DNA of 62,896 nucleotides, counting the filler, from Rhabdomonas costata (Eukaryota): NCBI GenBank assembly GCA_019059605.1. It is 50 parts of 50 records of this genome, joined end to end, with 100 filler letters (N's around TTAATTAATTAA, not from the genome) between each part and the next. Parts side by side here need not be neighbours in the genome. Positions count along the whole stretch, not along the records: positions 1 to 1,160 come from JAHMHO010025689.1; positions 1,261 to 2,417 come from JAHMHO010025690.1; positions 2,518 to 3,677 come from JAHMHO010025691.1; positions 3,778 to 4,937 come from JAHMHO010025692.1; positions 5,038 to 6,197 come from JAHMHO010025693.1; positions 6,298 to 7,457 come from JAHMHO010025694.1; positions 7,558 to 8,717 come from JAHMHO010025695.1; positions 8,818 to 9,977 come from JAHMHO010025696.1; 42 more parts are not named here. One strand, written 5' to 3'. The notes beneath the pieces are model-generated. The model was not told the DNA's origin and ran no database searches. It saw nothing but the letters and a program-made list of their open reading frames with translations. Shown here in pieces: positions 1-12,005 of the stretch. The first letter of the stretch is position 1; each line of letters opens with the position of its first letter. The position numbers were made by a program, and so were the translations under genes.

Positions 1-285
1 GGGTGGTTGGGGTTCGGCATTTTTTCGGTGGGAGATAGGAATACGATACCAAGCGGTGACATTGGTCCTTCCCATTTCTAGTATTTCCTAGTATTTCCTG
101 GTATTTCTGGCGGCAGATGGAGCTACTGTAATCGATTGTTCTCTGGCGGACGAGTGGGAACGGATTTTTATTTGGCCCACTTCCACCATTCTGATCCTCA
201 GCGCTTCTCGGTTTGGGATGAATGCTGTCCTTCATGAATGATTGCCCTCAACAGTCAATCCTCCGCCCAACTCACACCACCGCAC

Positions 286-470
286 CTAAGCCCGATCTTG
301 GGGATGATGTGGACTTCCACCCGCTCTTGGCTCAGCTCATTGAGGGCGAGCAAGACCCGCAGGCTGCGGGCCTCCAGCAGCGTCTGCAGGGCTACCACGG
401 AGCCAAGCCGCCACGGAACCTCGCGATCGCGGCGTATCCCCTTCGCAGGCTCGAAGCCGGCCAGGGGGTC
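286..470 (-). CDS. Internal exon of an unidentified protein (DPLAGFEPAKGIRRDREVPWRLGSVVALQTLLEARSLRVLLALNELSQERVEVHIIPKIGL)
   Basis: GC-rich open frame ending at an AG|GTGCGG donor. The acceptor is uncertain and no family is recognised. Confidence 0.45.
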
Positions 471-1160
471 CTCCCAGACATCACACCGCGGGAGGGACAT
501 CAACGAAAGAGATGAAGAAAGAAAGACAGAGAGCGATAAGTACGGCAGAATGACAGAGGAGAATCAGAAAGGGAAAGTCAACGAGCGAAAGCTTTTAGGG
601 GGGGGGGTTTGCAGCTGACAGGCTGAAAGCTGGGAAAAGAAAGCAAGGACCTCAGAAACATCGATCAGCAACTCGCCTGATGAAACTTGCTTGATGTGAG
701 AGAAAACCTGGAGCCTCAGCGCGTAGCCAGCAAGTAGCGTTCCCAAGGAATTGAACAAAAAAACAGAATACCCATAACAGGTGCGGTCCCACTGAAACCT
801 CTGAAGTCTAACCGCACCTGCGGCATCCTTCAAAAGCGCATTCCCTCTTTCTCTGATGGGATCTTCCTATAGCACGTTATGCCATAAATTGTGAACACTT
901 GTTTGTGGCCTCATTATTATGAGAACGTTTGAAAAACGTCGTATACCCGGCGCATATGTGCTGACCTAGGGGCATTTTATGCTGTACCCACTGGAAGCTC
1001 GTAACACGCTATATTCTGTGTTTGGAGATATAAGGTACCTTATATCAATCGTTCAACCTACGAAACAAGAGAGACTTGCTCAGCGAAGGTACAGCCCTTT
1101 ATCGCAAGCTTAGGCAATCTCAACCGCCAACCTGGAAGGCTGGAATTGGCTTTTTTTAAG

Positions 1161-1260
1161 NNNNNNNNNNNNNNNNNNNNNNNNNNNNNNNNNNNNNNNN
1201 NNNNTTAATTAATTAANNNNNNNNNNNNNNNNNNNNNNNNNNNNNNNNNNNNNNNNNNNN
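1161..1260. other. Artificial contig-joining spacer (first of 49: 44 N + TTAATTAATTAA + 44 N), recurring about every 1.26 kb up to 61638-61737
   Basis: Identical 100-nt block between all contigs. TTAATTAATTAA puts stops in all six frames, a common pseudomolecule linker. Every ORF-track entry ending in X...LIN or X...N runs into it. Confidence 0.99.
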
Positions 1261-1436
1261 GTTTTGTGGTCCTATTTCCGAGTACTGTTTTCCTGATGGT
1301 GATGCATTTTATTTTGTCGACCCATACGATGCATTTTATGTTGTGGGTACTGAGGCTCTGCATCGGAAAGTTTGTCTTCGTTCATTTCTGCTTTTTCTTT
1401 GAATCCAAAACACCTTTGTCTCATCCTCCGTCACAG

Positions 1437-2039
1437 AGCTGGCAAAGCGGCAGGATGACGAGAGTGCTGGGCCGGAGACCAGCTTGAGACCCAGGCTGGA
1501 CCGGCTGGTCCCCGTGGAGGCTGACGAACAGGCTCAGCAGAAGCGTGAGGCTGGTACGGCTGTGCTTCCTTGCTGTGCGACTGGAAATCTGCTGCCAAGC
1601 CCTCCCTCTCAGGATTATATCAAGCGTTTGGGGATACGCACACACGCAGTTCTGTGTTGAAGGCTGTGAACCTAGCCTGAGGGTGGGACGTCATACATTG
1701 CACCCCAGGAATCACCTTCAAGGTGATTCCAACGAATTTAAAAGTGGTGGGTGAGGGCAAACCATTGAGCTCACTTCCTCGGTGCGTCATAACCTGTTGT
1801 TCTTAAAGTGCCATTGCCAATTCCTGGTCCATGTGTTTGTAGAGCATCCTTAAACGGTTCCCCCTTTTGCTCATGACATCTTACAGTGATCATGCTCAAT
1901 CTGCTGTGTGACCATAGCCAATTGTGTTTTTTTTCCGAAACGTTGGTGTATGGTGTATGGATGTTCTTCGTTTCTGCTTTGTTTCCTGCAGGCATCTACC
2001 AGGCGCCCAAGAACCCGCTGACGGTTGTCAGCGAAGAGA
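1437..2039 (+). CDS. Two exons, possibly neuroguidin/Lcp5-like (Sas10/Utp3 family) central region
   Basis: Exons 1437-1553 and 1992-2039 (phase-1 GT-AG) give LAKRQDDESAGPETSLRPRLDRLVPVEADEQAQQKREAGIYQAPKNPLTVVSEE. This resembles the 'RPxPxxL...GVYRPPK' segment of neuroguidin/Lcp5, from memory. Confidence 0.45.
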
Positions 2040-2517
2040 GTATGTGCTTATCATTCTGCGCTTTTTTTCCTCAAGTAGAAAATGCACATCATGGATGGAC
2101 GTGCCGCCTAAGGACACAATCTCCGAATTGAAATACACTATTTAAAGTACGCTACACCGAAAACTCAGAACCGCACCACAACACAAGGCTGGGTTTACAC
2201 CCTACCTTTACGTACCCTTCTCCACAACACCACAGACTTCACAATTCGCTTCAAAAGATGTACACAAGCACGAATCACGGGGAAAAAAATCGCGAAGCAT
2301 CCCTTATCTAACTGCTTTTTATGTCTACCACCAAGAAAAACTTTCCGGGTTCATCACATAACCAGTCCCCAGACAGCAGCATTTCTATAGACCAAAAAAA
2401 CTTCGAATTAAAAAACCNNNNNNNNNNNNNNNNNNNNNNNNNNNNNNNNNNNNNNNNNNNNTTAATTAATTAANNNNNNNNNNNNNNNNNNNNNNNNNNN
2501 NNNNNNNNNNNNNNNNN

Positions 2518-3398
2518 TCGCGGAGGGCAGCGATGGCATCCACCCGTATAGCCTTCGCGGCGTAGTGCAGCGCGGTGCACCCGCTGACATCCTAGGAAAA
2601 CACCAGGGGGCCACGGATGTTTCCGCCATTGCACGGTAAGAGGGATCCGCAGAGGTGATGGGTAGTGTGTTGTTATTGATCACAACAAACGCGAACGGTG
2701 TGTTGCCTTAAGGGCGGGACGAAGAGGGGGCCTGCGAACGCGACGCATGCGAAGAAAAGCTATCGCAGGAGAAACAGACTTGGAGGTTGGGGTTAGCTTT
2801 CGCCAAGAGCAGGATATCCCGGGCTTCAGCATCCCCCTTCTCTAGGGCCTGGAGCAGCGCAGTCTTGCCCGCGGAGTCCTGCAGTGGAAGTGGATTTTGC
2901 GGTGCAACGGCGCAGTATTTGGGCACGCTCCGTTTGGGTAGAATCACTTCTCCGGAGCAGCACTCGCAATCAGAGTAGGTAGGGTCACTTGCACAAAGTC
3001 ACGACCGTTGTGGGCAAGCACTGAACTTCATTTAATAGGAGCACCTAATCGAACAGCTCACCTTCGTGCTGGATGGAGGGAAGCAAGGGGAGCGTGCCAA
3101 CTTCGCTTAGGAAAGCATTCGCTTCACAGCGGGTAAGCGGGGATCGAAATAAAAGGGTGTGCACCTGAGCATTGCAGTCGGCCTGAGCATGCAGAAGCAC
3201 CCCGAGGCCCTCGCACCAGCCCAGCTCCACGCAACAGTGAAGGGCAGTGCGACCCTTCGTGTCGGGGGTGCTCAGGGGGGCATTAGCCTTGAGGAGCACC
3301 ACAAGAGAGCCCATGGAGCACACCTCACACGCAACCTGAACGGCGCTGGCGCCCGTCTCGGGCTCCGTGGCTTCCACCCCAGCAAGATACCGCCTGAC
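2518..3398 (-). CDS. Ankyrin-repeat protein (partial, 3 exons)
   Basis: Exons 3398-3165, 2878-2780 and 2591-2518, all phase-0 GT-AG. Motifs TGASAVQVAC, DTKGRTALHCC, DSAGKTALLQA...KANPNLQ and DVSGCTALHYAA. Confidence 0.9.
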
Positions 3399-3544
3399 CT
3401 AAGGTTCAACAAACATTAAGAAGTTGTAGCATAGACCAGCGCAAACAAGCGGAGGTCTTCTGCGAAGTGAAATCATCACCAGCCGAGTCATCTCAGCTGG
3501 TTTTGGGACCCATGGAGAAACTCAATTTTACACCCAGGTCTGTA

Positions 3545-3633
3545 TTAAGACTAGCTCCACCCCAAAACTGAGAGATTAGTCTGTAACATTCCGAACAGAA
3601 GTCTTTTTACCCTGTTTTTATGCCGCTGGTCTC
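3545..3633 (+). repeat. Interspersed repeat family R1 (left-end copy)
   Basis: TAAGACTAGCTCCACCCCAAAACTGAGAGATTAGTCTGTAACATTCCGAACAGAAGTCTTTTT aligns by eye with 43482-43568 and 59261-59345. Right-end copies are at 2151-2190 (-) and 12645-12682 (+). Confidence 0.8.
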
Positions 3634-5097
3634 AAAAATGTAGTGTACGTGGAGATGAGCGCAGCCCGTAGATGAGGNNNNNNNNNNNNNNNNNNNNNNN
3701 NNNNNNNNNNNNNNNNNNNNNTTAATTAATTAANNNNNNNNNNNNNNNNNNNNNNNNNNNNNNNNNNNNNNNNNNNNATATGACCGCATCGTCGTGCGCG
3801 CCTCTGAGACAGGTTTCCCTGTTTTGCCGTATTGCCCATCCTCCCCTCTTCAGCTGACCCCTATCCCATCCTCACCCCTCTTCTGCTGAACATCTCTTCG
3901 TCGACCTTTGTGTAATTTATTTGCTTCGCCTGAACCATTGACGCCCCGTTTGTGCGGGAATGCCCTGTTGCGTCGAGAATCGTGTTTATCTTCTTAGTTA
4001 AACTTCTTCGTTTCCCTGAAAACAATGGTTTTTGTTGTGTGAGGCGAAGGTGTCTTTCGTTTTGTTCGTCGTCTGCAAGTTGTTCACACCAATATTTTTC
4101 CTACGGCCGAGGAGATTTTAGGATTTGGGGAGGGGAAGAAAAAGATCGAAGCTGTTTTTTTTTCGAAGCAGCAAAGAACTGCCGAATTCATTCGGGTGCA
4201 CTTCGTTTCGTGTGCAAATCTCCGCTGGGTGGGAGTTTGCCTTGACCGCTCTTTTCATTTTTTCGGGAATCCGGTCGATCCATCCTCTTTGCTCTGTAAT
4301 CCCCAAGCACCTTTCAGGCAAAAACACTTCGCAAGCTCTGCTCTGCCCACCCACAGCGCCGCACTTGGCCACTACAAGATAGACGACTTCGATTTAGAAC
4401 CTGGAACCCTCTCCATCTCTAAGTCTGCATGCCTCGAAAAATTCTGTATTCTTTCTCCAAGTGCCCGAGTTGTCATCCGCCCCATTCTTTTTGTCATCGT
4501 CGTTTTTGACTTTTTTGTCCTCGGAAAAGCAAGAAGGGGTATGGAAAGGATATGCAAAAAACCAAAAGTAGGAAATACCTCCTGCTGTTTTTTGTAGACA
4601 AGGTTTCCTTCGAGACATTTCAGGCCAACGAGCAGCGGGAGATGACCAGCACCGACCCATCCAAGCAAAATCTCTCCGCCGTGATGAAAATGGTTCTGCC
4701 TTCGGTTCAATTGCGGTTTCCCACCAAAGTTGAGTCTGTCAAAGTTGAACGTCTGTCAAAGTTGTAGGTGTGGCTTTGTGTGGGAAGAGTTTTGCTGTTG
4801 AAAGGCCACACCAAAGAAGGCACAACATCCTTTTCAGGATGCATTCAGGTTGTGTGTGTGGACCACAAACCGACTATTCACTGTTACTTTCGTGTGCGGG
4901 TTTGTTTCGCCGAAGAAGAAGCCCCCCCCCCACACCCNNNNNNNNNNNNNNNNNNNNNNNNNNNNNNNNNNNNNNNNNNNNTTAATTAATTAANNNNNNN
5001 NNNNNNNNNNNNNNNNNNNNNNNNNNNNNNNNNNNNNCAACATTACGGAATAACAGTGTTACGGGCTGTGTTCCCCGTGCCCATGCGGTAATTGCAG

Positions 5098-5239
5098 GTT
5101 GAGGTGACCTACCAGGCTGGCCGTGACGTTGAGGCGTACGTCAGCCGAACCAGGCGAGTGCCCCCGTTGGCCCCTCCAGACACGCCCTGGCCCGTCCCCG
5201 AGGCCGCCCAGCGCGCTGAGGAGGCCTGGCTTCTTGCTG

Positions 5240-5282
<43 letters not shown>

Positions 5283-6037
5283 ACAGGAACAGCAGCAGCA
5301 GCAGCAGCAGCAGGAGGACAATCAGGAGTTATCTCCGGTGCGTCATCTTCTGATTTCGCCCCTTCTTTCCCTCGTTCTCACCCACTCGCGATTGAGACTG
5401 TGAGCTGCTTGCACAACCGTCAAGAATCAGGGGACATTACCCAACTTGGATGCTGAATTTTAACATAACAGGGCGAGAGATGGCGTTTACCCTCTTTCCT
5501 CGGTATTGTTGGAGTCTGCGAAGGGGATTCAAATGCACGTCCTGGGGTTTTTCTCTCTGTCCACCGATATGCACCACCAATGCACAGGATGACGGCGGGG
5601 AGCTACCGGAAGGGCCTTTGGCGACTTCCCGGGAGGCTGTGGGCTCGGGGGAAGGACGCCGACTCTCTGGCTCGTCTCATGCTGATGATGGTGCCACCCC
5701 CGCGAAAGCTGTCCCCGCAGACCTACAGGTGGTGGAATATTGGGCATGTGAAGCTTAGAGCAGATACGGTGGGCCCGGTGGTCGTGTGGGTAGGTGGGTG
5801 CGTTAATGCCGCATCGGCTGAGTATGAAAAGACAACGTTTTGGAACCTGCCATGTGTGCACAAGTCCTCAGGCCCGCTTAGGCTGGACTTAAAGCGCAAT
5901 CGTCACGTTTCTTTCCCTTCCTTTTTGGCTCAGGATGTCACTCCATCCGCGCCGACTGCGGATTCTGCTCCTTCCCACCCACGGCGACCCCGCTCGGGAC
6001 CCCAGTGCTGGCCGCCTCCAGCTCCCAAAGTCGCGAG
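5098..6037 (+). CDS. Low-complexity protein with polyglutamine tract (partial, at least 3 exons)
   Basis: Exons 5098-5337, 5588-5728 and 5934-6037 with GT-AG boundaries in consistent phase. The (CAG)n at ~5242-5313 encodes polyQ. Confidence 0.65.
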
Positions 6038-7054
6038 GTGCACGTTAACGTTCTGATTCTCTTTACCTCTCCTGGCTGCTGTGAGGCAGAGTCCACCAGA
6101 ACCCCAGGCTGGTAGTGCGACTTCTGTCGGAGTTGGTGTTCGGGGTTTTCCGATTCTGGACGAGCCCTAACTCCTAGCTCCAGGAGAATTCCAAACANNN
6201 NNNNNNNNNNNNNNNNNNNNNNNNNNNNNNNNNNNNNNNNNTTAATTAATTAANNNNNNNNNNNNNNNNNNNNNNNNNNNNNNNNNNNNNNNNNNNNGGT
6301 ATGTTTTTAAAGAATTGATTGAAGGCAAGAGACCTCTTTTCACTTCTTTTGTCGGTCCATCTTTGCAGGTTATCCGCAATAATTCAGTTATCTAATTCCA
6401 AAGTGCTGCACTGACATTCTGGCTATCAGGTTGCTTTGCTAAAAGTGATCCCCAACGTGGTTTCGAGGGGCTTTTTTTGCACAGGTCCGTGGTCATACAC
6501 CTTACCGGAAGTATTAAAGGAATATCGGTGGGCATTAATTATTTCGGATTACTTATTCTTAATGAGCACTGCAAGTGTGGGTAGTCCTCTTCCCTGACTT
6601 ATTCTTAATTCTTAGGAAGTTTCTTGCCAACGGTTTCCTTTCCGACCTCGCCCCAGTTAAAACGCACGCAAATTTTGCTTGCCATTCCCCGGCTGAATAA
6701 AAACGCCGCCGGGTTTGCCGACCTGCCCCTGTTGTCGTGTTTTTCTCTCCCTCGTCGGGGGAACCCACGGTCAACGCGAGCGCTGGGGAAACACGTACCA
6801 CCACGACACATTCAGCAAGGCACACGCACGATGCGCAAAAGAACGATGGGAGCAACCCCCCTGAACTTCGATTTTATGAATCACACGTCTCTTTGTGTGC
6901 TTCCCTTCTCCCGCCGTTGGTTCTGTTCCGCTGCCGTCATATGCCTCGATCCGCTGGACGCTTCGCAAATCGAAAGAAATCGTTTTTTGGTCATTTTGCG
7001 CTGTGTTTGAAACAAAAGTTGGTTAGGAGACTCATTCGTCAAGTAGCGCCGGGG

Positions 7055-7097
7055 GAGCGAGCGAGCGAGCGAGCGAGAAAGAGAGAGAGAGAGAGAG
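7055..7097 (+). repeat. (GAGC)n/(GA)n microsatellite
   Basis: Read directly from the sequence. Confidence 0.9.
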
Positions 7098-7617
7098 GCG
7101 AAAAGCGAGCGGGCAGCAGGCAGTTTGAAAGGACAGCTTTATGAGATGACAGTTTCGCCGAGCAAGACCAATGGAGAATCAATTGTGGGAAAGCCGGTTT
7201 CTCAAATGGAAGGTTTTAGAAATAGACGTTTCGAGCACAGTGCTGGCCGCAAAGGCGGCCGAATACAAGGAGCAGGAGGCCGGTGCTGAAAAAAGCGGTG
7301 CCGGACGCAGCTGAGGTTGACAAGGCCTCGAAACTGCGCAAAAAAAAGCTGGAGGAAAGCGCGGCAAAGGGGAATCGTGGCATTGTGATCACCACACCAT
7401 GTCCTTTTAAATACAACAACAAACACAAGCGGACACTCAAGTCCTTTAAAGGTGAATNNNNNNNNNNNNNNNNNNNNNNNNNNNNNNNNNNNNNNNNNNN
7501 NTTAATTAATTAANNNNNNNNNNNNNNNNNNNNNNNNNNNNNNNNNNNNNNNNNNNNGTGTGGGTGTGGCAAGCCAGGCTGTGCAGAAAGTTTTGCAACT
7601 CGTTTTCTCGGGTGCAG

Positions 7618-8579
7618 TACATCGCTGGCCTGGGCTCGGCGCTGCAGTACCTTCATCTCCGTGGGGTGCTGCACCGCGACATCAAGCCGGAAAACCTCCT
7701 GCTGGACAGCCAGGCGCGTGGAGCGGGCGCCGCGTCCACTCCTCCTCCAACCCGTCCTGACTTTCTCATAGGGAGGATGTGTAGGCGTTGTCCGGAGCTC
7801 ACTCCTTGCCACTCCACAATATAACTGCCACGAGTCCTGGCTTTTCGTGAATGGAGGATGAAAATGGCTGAAAAATGGCGGAAGGTCGATCCTGCAGCGA
7901 TTCCCAGTCTTTCCTGTGGAACCTGTTCTTGTTTGGTTGGGCAACGATGCAGTATTCGTGCCGCTTGCGTCCCTGCGCGGAATATTTGTGCGGGCGTCCC
8001 ATTCGGCCGAGGATGGATGGTAGGGACAATCTCTCCCCACCCATATATTGCCATCCTGTTAACCCAGGGTAATATCAAGCTGGCGGACTTCGGCTCGTGT
8101 GCGCGGCTGCAGAGTGATGCGGAGCGTCGCAGCACTGTCTGCGGTGTGTGTGCGTGTGCATGTGAGTGTATGTGTGTGTGGTTGGGAGAGAGAGATGGAC
8201 CTCTCTCAGTCATTATCTTTTGTCTCGTGACTGCTCGTGACTCCGGTCATTCTTCAGGCAACTTATGTCCCCAACCTGATGAGGTACGTGCTGAGGGGAA
8301 GACCTGGTTGGGGTGGGGCCAGAGTTGCCTTCGACCTAACGCCTAGTCGAGACTAGCGTGGTAAACCCGAATGAAAAAAGTAAACATGACTTCAATGGGA
8401 AGATTCAGCGGGAAGAAGCAAAGTGTGTGGGCCGATGGGTAGGGTTGGAGACCTTCGAGCGCTTGAGCGCCCTCCTTCGTGTGCCTTATCAGGGACGCTG
8501 GACTATCTTCCCCCGGAGATGCTTGCTGCGGATGACTCCCGTGTGCAGTATAGCAGCAAAGCGGACATGTGGTGCATCG
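7618..8579 (+). CDS. Aurora-family Ser/Thr kinase (partial, 3 exons)
   Basis: Exons 7618-7713, 8068-8143 and 8493-8579 give [68 protein letters not shown]...[11 protein letters not shown]. [16 protein letters not shown] is the Aurora signature. Confidence 0.9.
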
Positions 8580-9643
8580 GTGGGCCTGTCCCTCCCTCCA
8601 CTCACCGCTCCGTATCTTCGAAACGCAATAGAGTTTAAATAAATGGGTTTGAACCCGCTCGACGGCAAAGTGACCCAAAGGGACCCATTAGCTTCTACAC
8701 TGCCAACCCCCCCAACCNNNNNNNNNNNNNNNNNNNNNNNNNNNNNNNNNNNNNNNNNNNNTTAATTAATTAANNNNNNNNNNNNNNNNNNNNNNNNNNN
8801 NNNNNNNNNNNNNNNNNGGTTGTTTTGAAATAGATCAGCAAGCAACCAACAGATTAATCGAAATAATCGGTATTTGACACCGTGAAAATCGAGCGTTCGA
8901 TATTTTCGGTCATTTTTACGTTTCTGCGTTCCCAATCCTCCCCCGCGTGAGCTGTAGCACCTTGTTGATGTCGATCCCGTAGAGGTGGGCGGATATAAAC
9001 TTTTCCTGCGAAACCGTACACGGAGGGCAAACTCACCAACACCGCATACGCTCTGGGAAAGGAAAAACCCAGCGAAAGCACAGAGGTGTCCTCGAGACGA
9101 AGAAATTGGCGTACTGCTCACCAAGGTAAATGGGAATCCTAGGGATCCTCCCTCTCTTCCTCCAACCCACATTGAAAATCCTACCCCATTCACGCAGCCA
9201 ACATCCATGCACCATTATATGAATGTGCGGCGCACACTCAGGGCATTATTTACCATAACAGAAGCATTGTTCCAGGTTCAAGAGCACATGAAGAGCAGTG
9301 CATGAGGGCAACAAGGTACCGCAAGCACAAACGGTGAGAATATGGGTGGGGGCGACTAAGAGGAAGATTGGCGGAAGAAGGAGAAAAAGCAAATGGTACA
9401 GTACGGAAGGATGAACAACGTATGGAGCAGGGGAAGACTGATGCTGTGAAAGGACACTTAACTAGGAAAAGTTAAGAAGAAATGAAGAAAACAACTTTGC
9501 CCGAGACTCGCGCCACGCACGAGTGCGATCATAACATCAGTCTCACGGGGGCTTTCCTCAGGTGCTCTGAAATGAAGGGTGCAAGCTGTGGGCAGGAAGT
9601 ACTACCACACAAACCCACACCACGCAGAGACAGCCAGACGCAC

Positions 9644-9823
9644 CCGCAGCGCGGGGTTTCCCATTGCCCTGCGGAGCACCACATAGGCCACCACGGAAAG
9701 CGCCGCAGTGACGCACAGCGGGCCCCACGGAGCGGGCAGCCCCGGGGGCAACCCCAGCAGCTCCGCCAGCACAGGCACTACGGGGTGTGCAAGCATGCGA
9801 ATGACTACTGCGACCAATGAACA
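9644..9823 (-). CDS. Possible exon of a membrane protein
   Basis: TAG acceptor, hydrophobic frame (…WGPLCVTAALSVVAYVVLRRAMGNPALR) and GTGCGT donor. No family recognised. Confidence 0.35.
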
Positions 9824-10077
9824 CTATGTCCGAGAAGAAGGGAAGCTGACCATATCCCGGTGGTACACGGATCCTTCCTTCTTTCGATTGCGGTGGTTGC
9901 GGTTCCAGCCTTTCACTTTCCCTCCAGCAAAGGCCTCAAACCGCAAAAAGAAACGTCCTCAGTGAAACAACAACACCNNNNNNNNNNNNNNNNNNNNNNN
10001 NNNNNNNNNNNNNNNNNNNNNTTAATTAATTAANNNNNNNNNNNNNNNNNNNNNNNNNNNNNNNNNNNNNNNNNNNN

Positions 10078-11237
10078 TGTGGTGGGTGTCGAGGTGGCGG
10101 TCGTTGGCGAGGAGGGCCCAGCTTTCCTCGGGGCGGACGCGGTGGCTCTCTCGAGGGCGGCGAGCCATCCTCCAACGCCACAGAGGGCTCTGGCGAGGGT
10201 GCCTTCCAGACTGATAGCGATAGCCCAAGGACTGCGGCAGAGTTAGCTGCCGTTCTGCGGCAAATCGACGGTGCAAGCTACCCCCAATACCAGCGACTGC
10301 AGGGGCAGTGGGTGTTCCCTGAGTTCACTCTCTTTGTGGACCGAGTGCAGGGTGATGCCTATGGTCCTCCCTCACGAGCCCGCGCCCGCGTGCCGATGGG
10401 CACGGCAGGTTTTCCTCGGGAGTTGCTGAGCTCACCTGTGCGGAGGGTGGCTCTATGTGACTACCTTGCCCGCAGCTTTTGGGATCATGCCCACCGCAGG
10501 GGCCTGGACGAGCCCCTGGGGCAACCGGGCCAGGGTGGTGGGGGCAAGGGTGATGTAGTATACCTTGGGAAGGGGTTATCACTGTGAGGGTATGGCAAGG
10601 ATCTTTCTATGCTGGCTTACAATATGGCCAGGGTTACCATAGCGCCGTTAGCAGGGTTGAGCCATTTTTGGCGCTTCTGTGTTTTTGAGCTTGGCGCCCA
10701 AATCTCATCCCGCGAGAGTTTTTTTCGTGAGACGGAGAGGAGTTTGATGGGATGGTGTTAAATGGTGTTAAATTTCGCGCCATTGGAGGAACGTGGTTTA
10801 GGGCTGTTAATTTAGTGTGTTTATCCCTCCCAAGATATGCGCTTCTGGTGACAGTGGCTGGTCGGGCCCCAAAGGCGGGGATCTAAACATCGTCCCCCCC
10901 TCCCAGCACGTTCTGCAGCGCAGCGCAGTTATCGTCACCTCTGAGTTCGTCGAGGCTCGCTTCACTGTTGTTCTTCCTGCCCGTGGCAGAACCATCCTGG
11001 GCACCCGCGCGGGCCACATTCTGCACGCCGCCCTTCCTGAGGTGGTGCGGCAAGCCCTCTGCTACCGTTCCCACGGTCCCTCTCCTTCCAGTCCACCCCC
11101 ACCAGCGTGGCTACCCCCCGGGGCGGCAGCAGCTCCAGAGCTTTGGCACCACGTGCTTAGCGTGGAGGACCAAGAGGCACTGAGAAGACTTGTGGAGCGG
11201 TCCCCCAATGTTGTGGGGTTTGTAGTGAATGGGGCGG
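10078..11237 (+). CDS. Predicted ABC-class ATPase (COG3044 / Pfam ABC_ATPase; trypanosome MRB1590 family), N-terminal part with RGG-rich extension
   Basis: Exon ~10078-10555 (LAAVLRQIDGASYPQYQRLQGQWVF...VDRVQGDAYGPPSR...RRVALCDYLARSF) and exon ~10835-11237 (GWSGPKGGDLNI..PSQHVLQRS..VEARFTVVLPARGRTILG...VLSVEDQEALR...VGFVVNGA). These motifs are characteristic of the family. Exact splice sites are ambiguous. Confidence 0.88.
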
Positions 11238-11873
11238 NNNNNNNNNNNNNNNNNNNNNNNNNNNNNNNNNNNNNNNNNNNNTTAATTAATTAANNNNNNN
11301 NNNNNNNNNNNNNNNNNNNNNNNNNNNNNNNNNNNNNGGGGGTGGTGATTTCTGTCTTATGGTGTGGTGAAGGTTGACTTCATTGGGTCCACATCATAAT
11401 TATATCGTCCGCGTCACTTGGTCGAAAAATGAAAAACAAACTGAGATGGCCCTATTTTACCCTGCCCGCTTCGTTGCATAGACGTTTCGCATGTATTGTA
11501 AAATTGGATTTCTAAGATTCTCACTTTAGATGCGAAGCGGGCCATATTTGATGAGAGAAAGACTCAATTGGTTACACCGCCCTCACAGACGGAAGCGGCG
11601 CGGTCCCAGCCCATATGCGCCTCCGGTCTCCATATGGTTCTCATACCACAGAAAGCTCAATGCAGAAAAACGTCCCCTCCCCGCACACGTACATCGTGGT
11701 ACACGATGGAGGTGATACGTGACGTGATCCGTCGGGTATCTCGGTTCACAGGCACATCGTAATCACACAAAAGAAAGGGTTGTATGAACGCCTTCAACCC
11801 CTGGATTGGAAAACCCCACACCGGTACCATAAATTGGAGGGGCAAGCGGAGAAAAGAGGGCGGGGGGCTGCAG

Positions 11874-12005
11874 GGTGGTCTTCCTGCGGGCCTGAACGCG
11901 CTGCCCAAGCTGCCGCCCAACACCGCCTTGGTGGGCGTTGGGGGCCTGGTGCCCATGCTGGCGCCTCCCTTCCCTATGTTCAACCCCACGGACGTGGCCG
12001 CTCTG
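11874..12005 (+). CDS. Pro/Gly-rich exon of an unidentified protein
   Basis: CAG|...|GTATAT, 132 nt phase 0: GGLPAGLNALPKLPPNTALVGVGGLVPMLAPPFPMFNPTDVAAL. Confidence 0.5.

Noticed and set aside
4356-4692. Possible exons (HYKIDDFDLEPG...; DKVSFETFQANEQREMTSTDPSKQNLSAVMKM)
   Set aside because: Reading frame and splice phases are ambiguous and no family can be confidently assigned.
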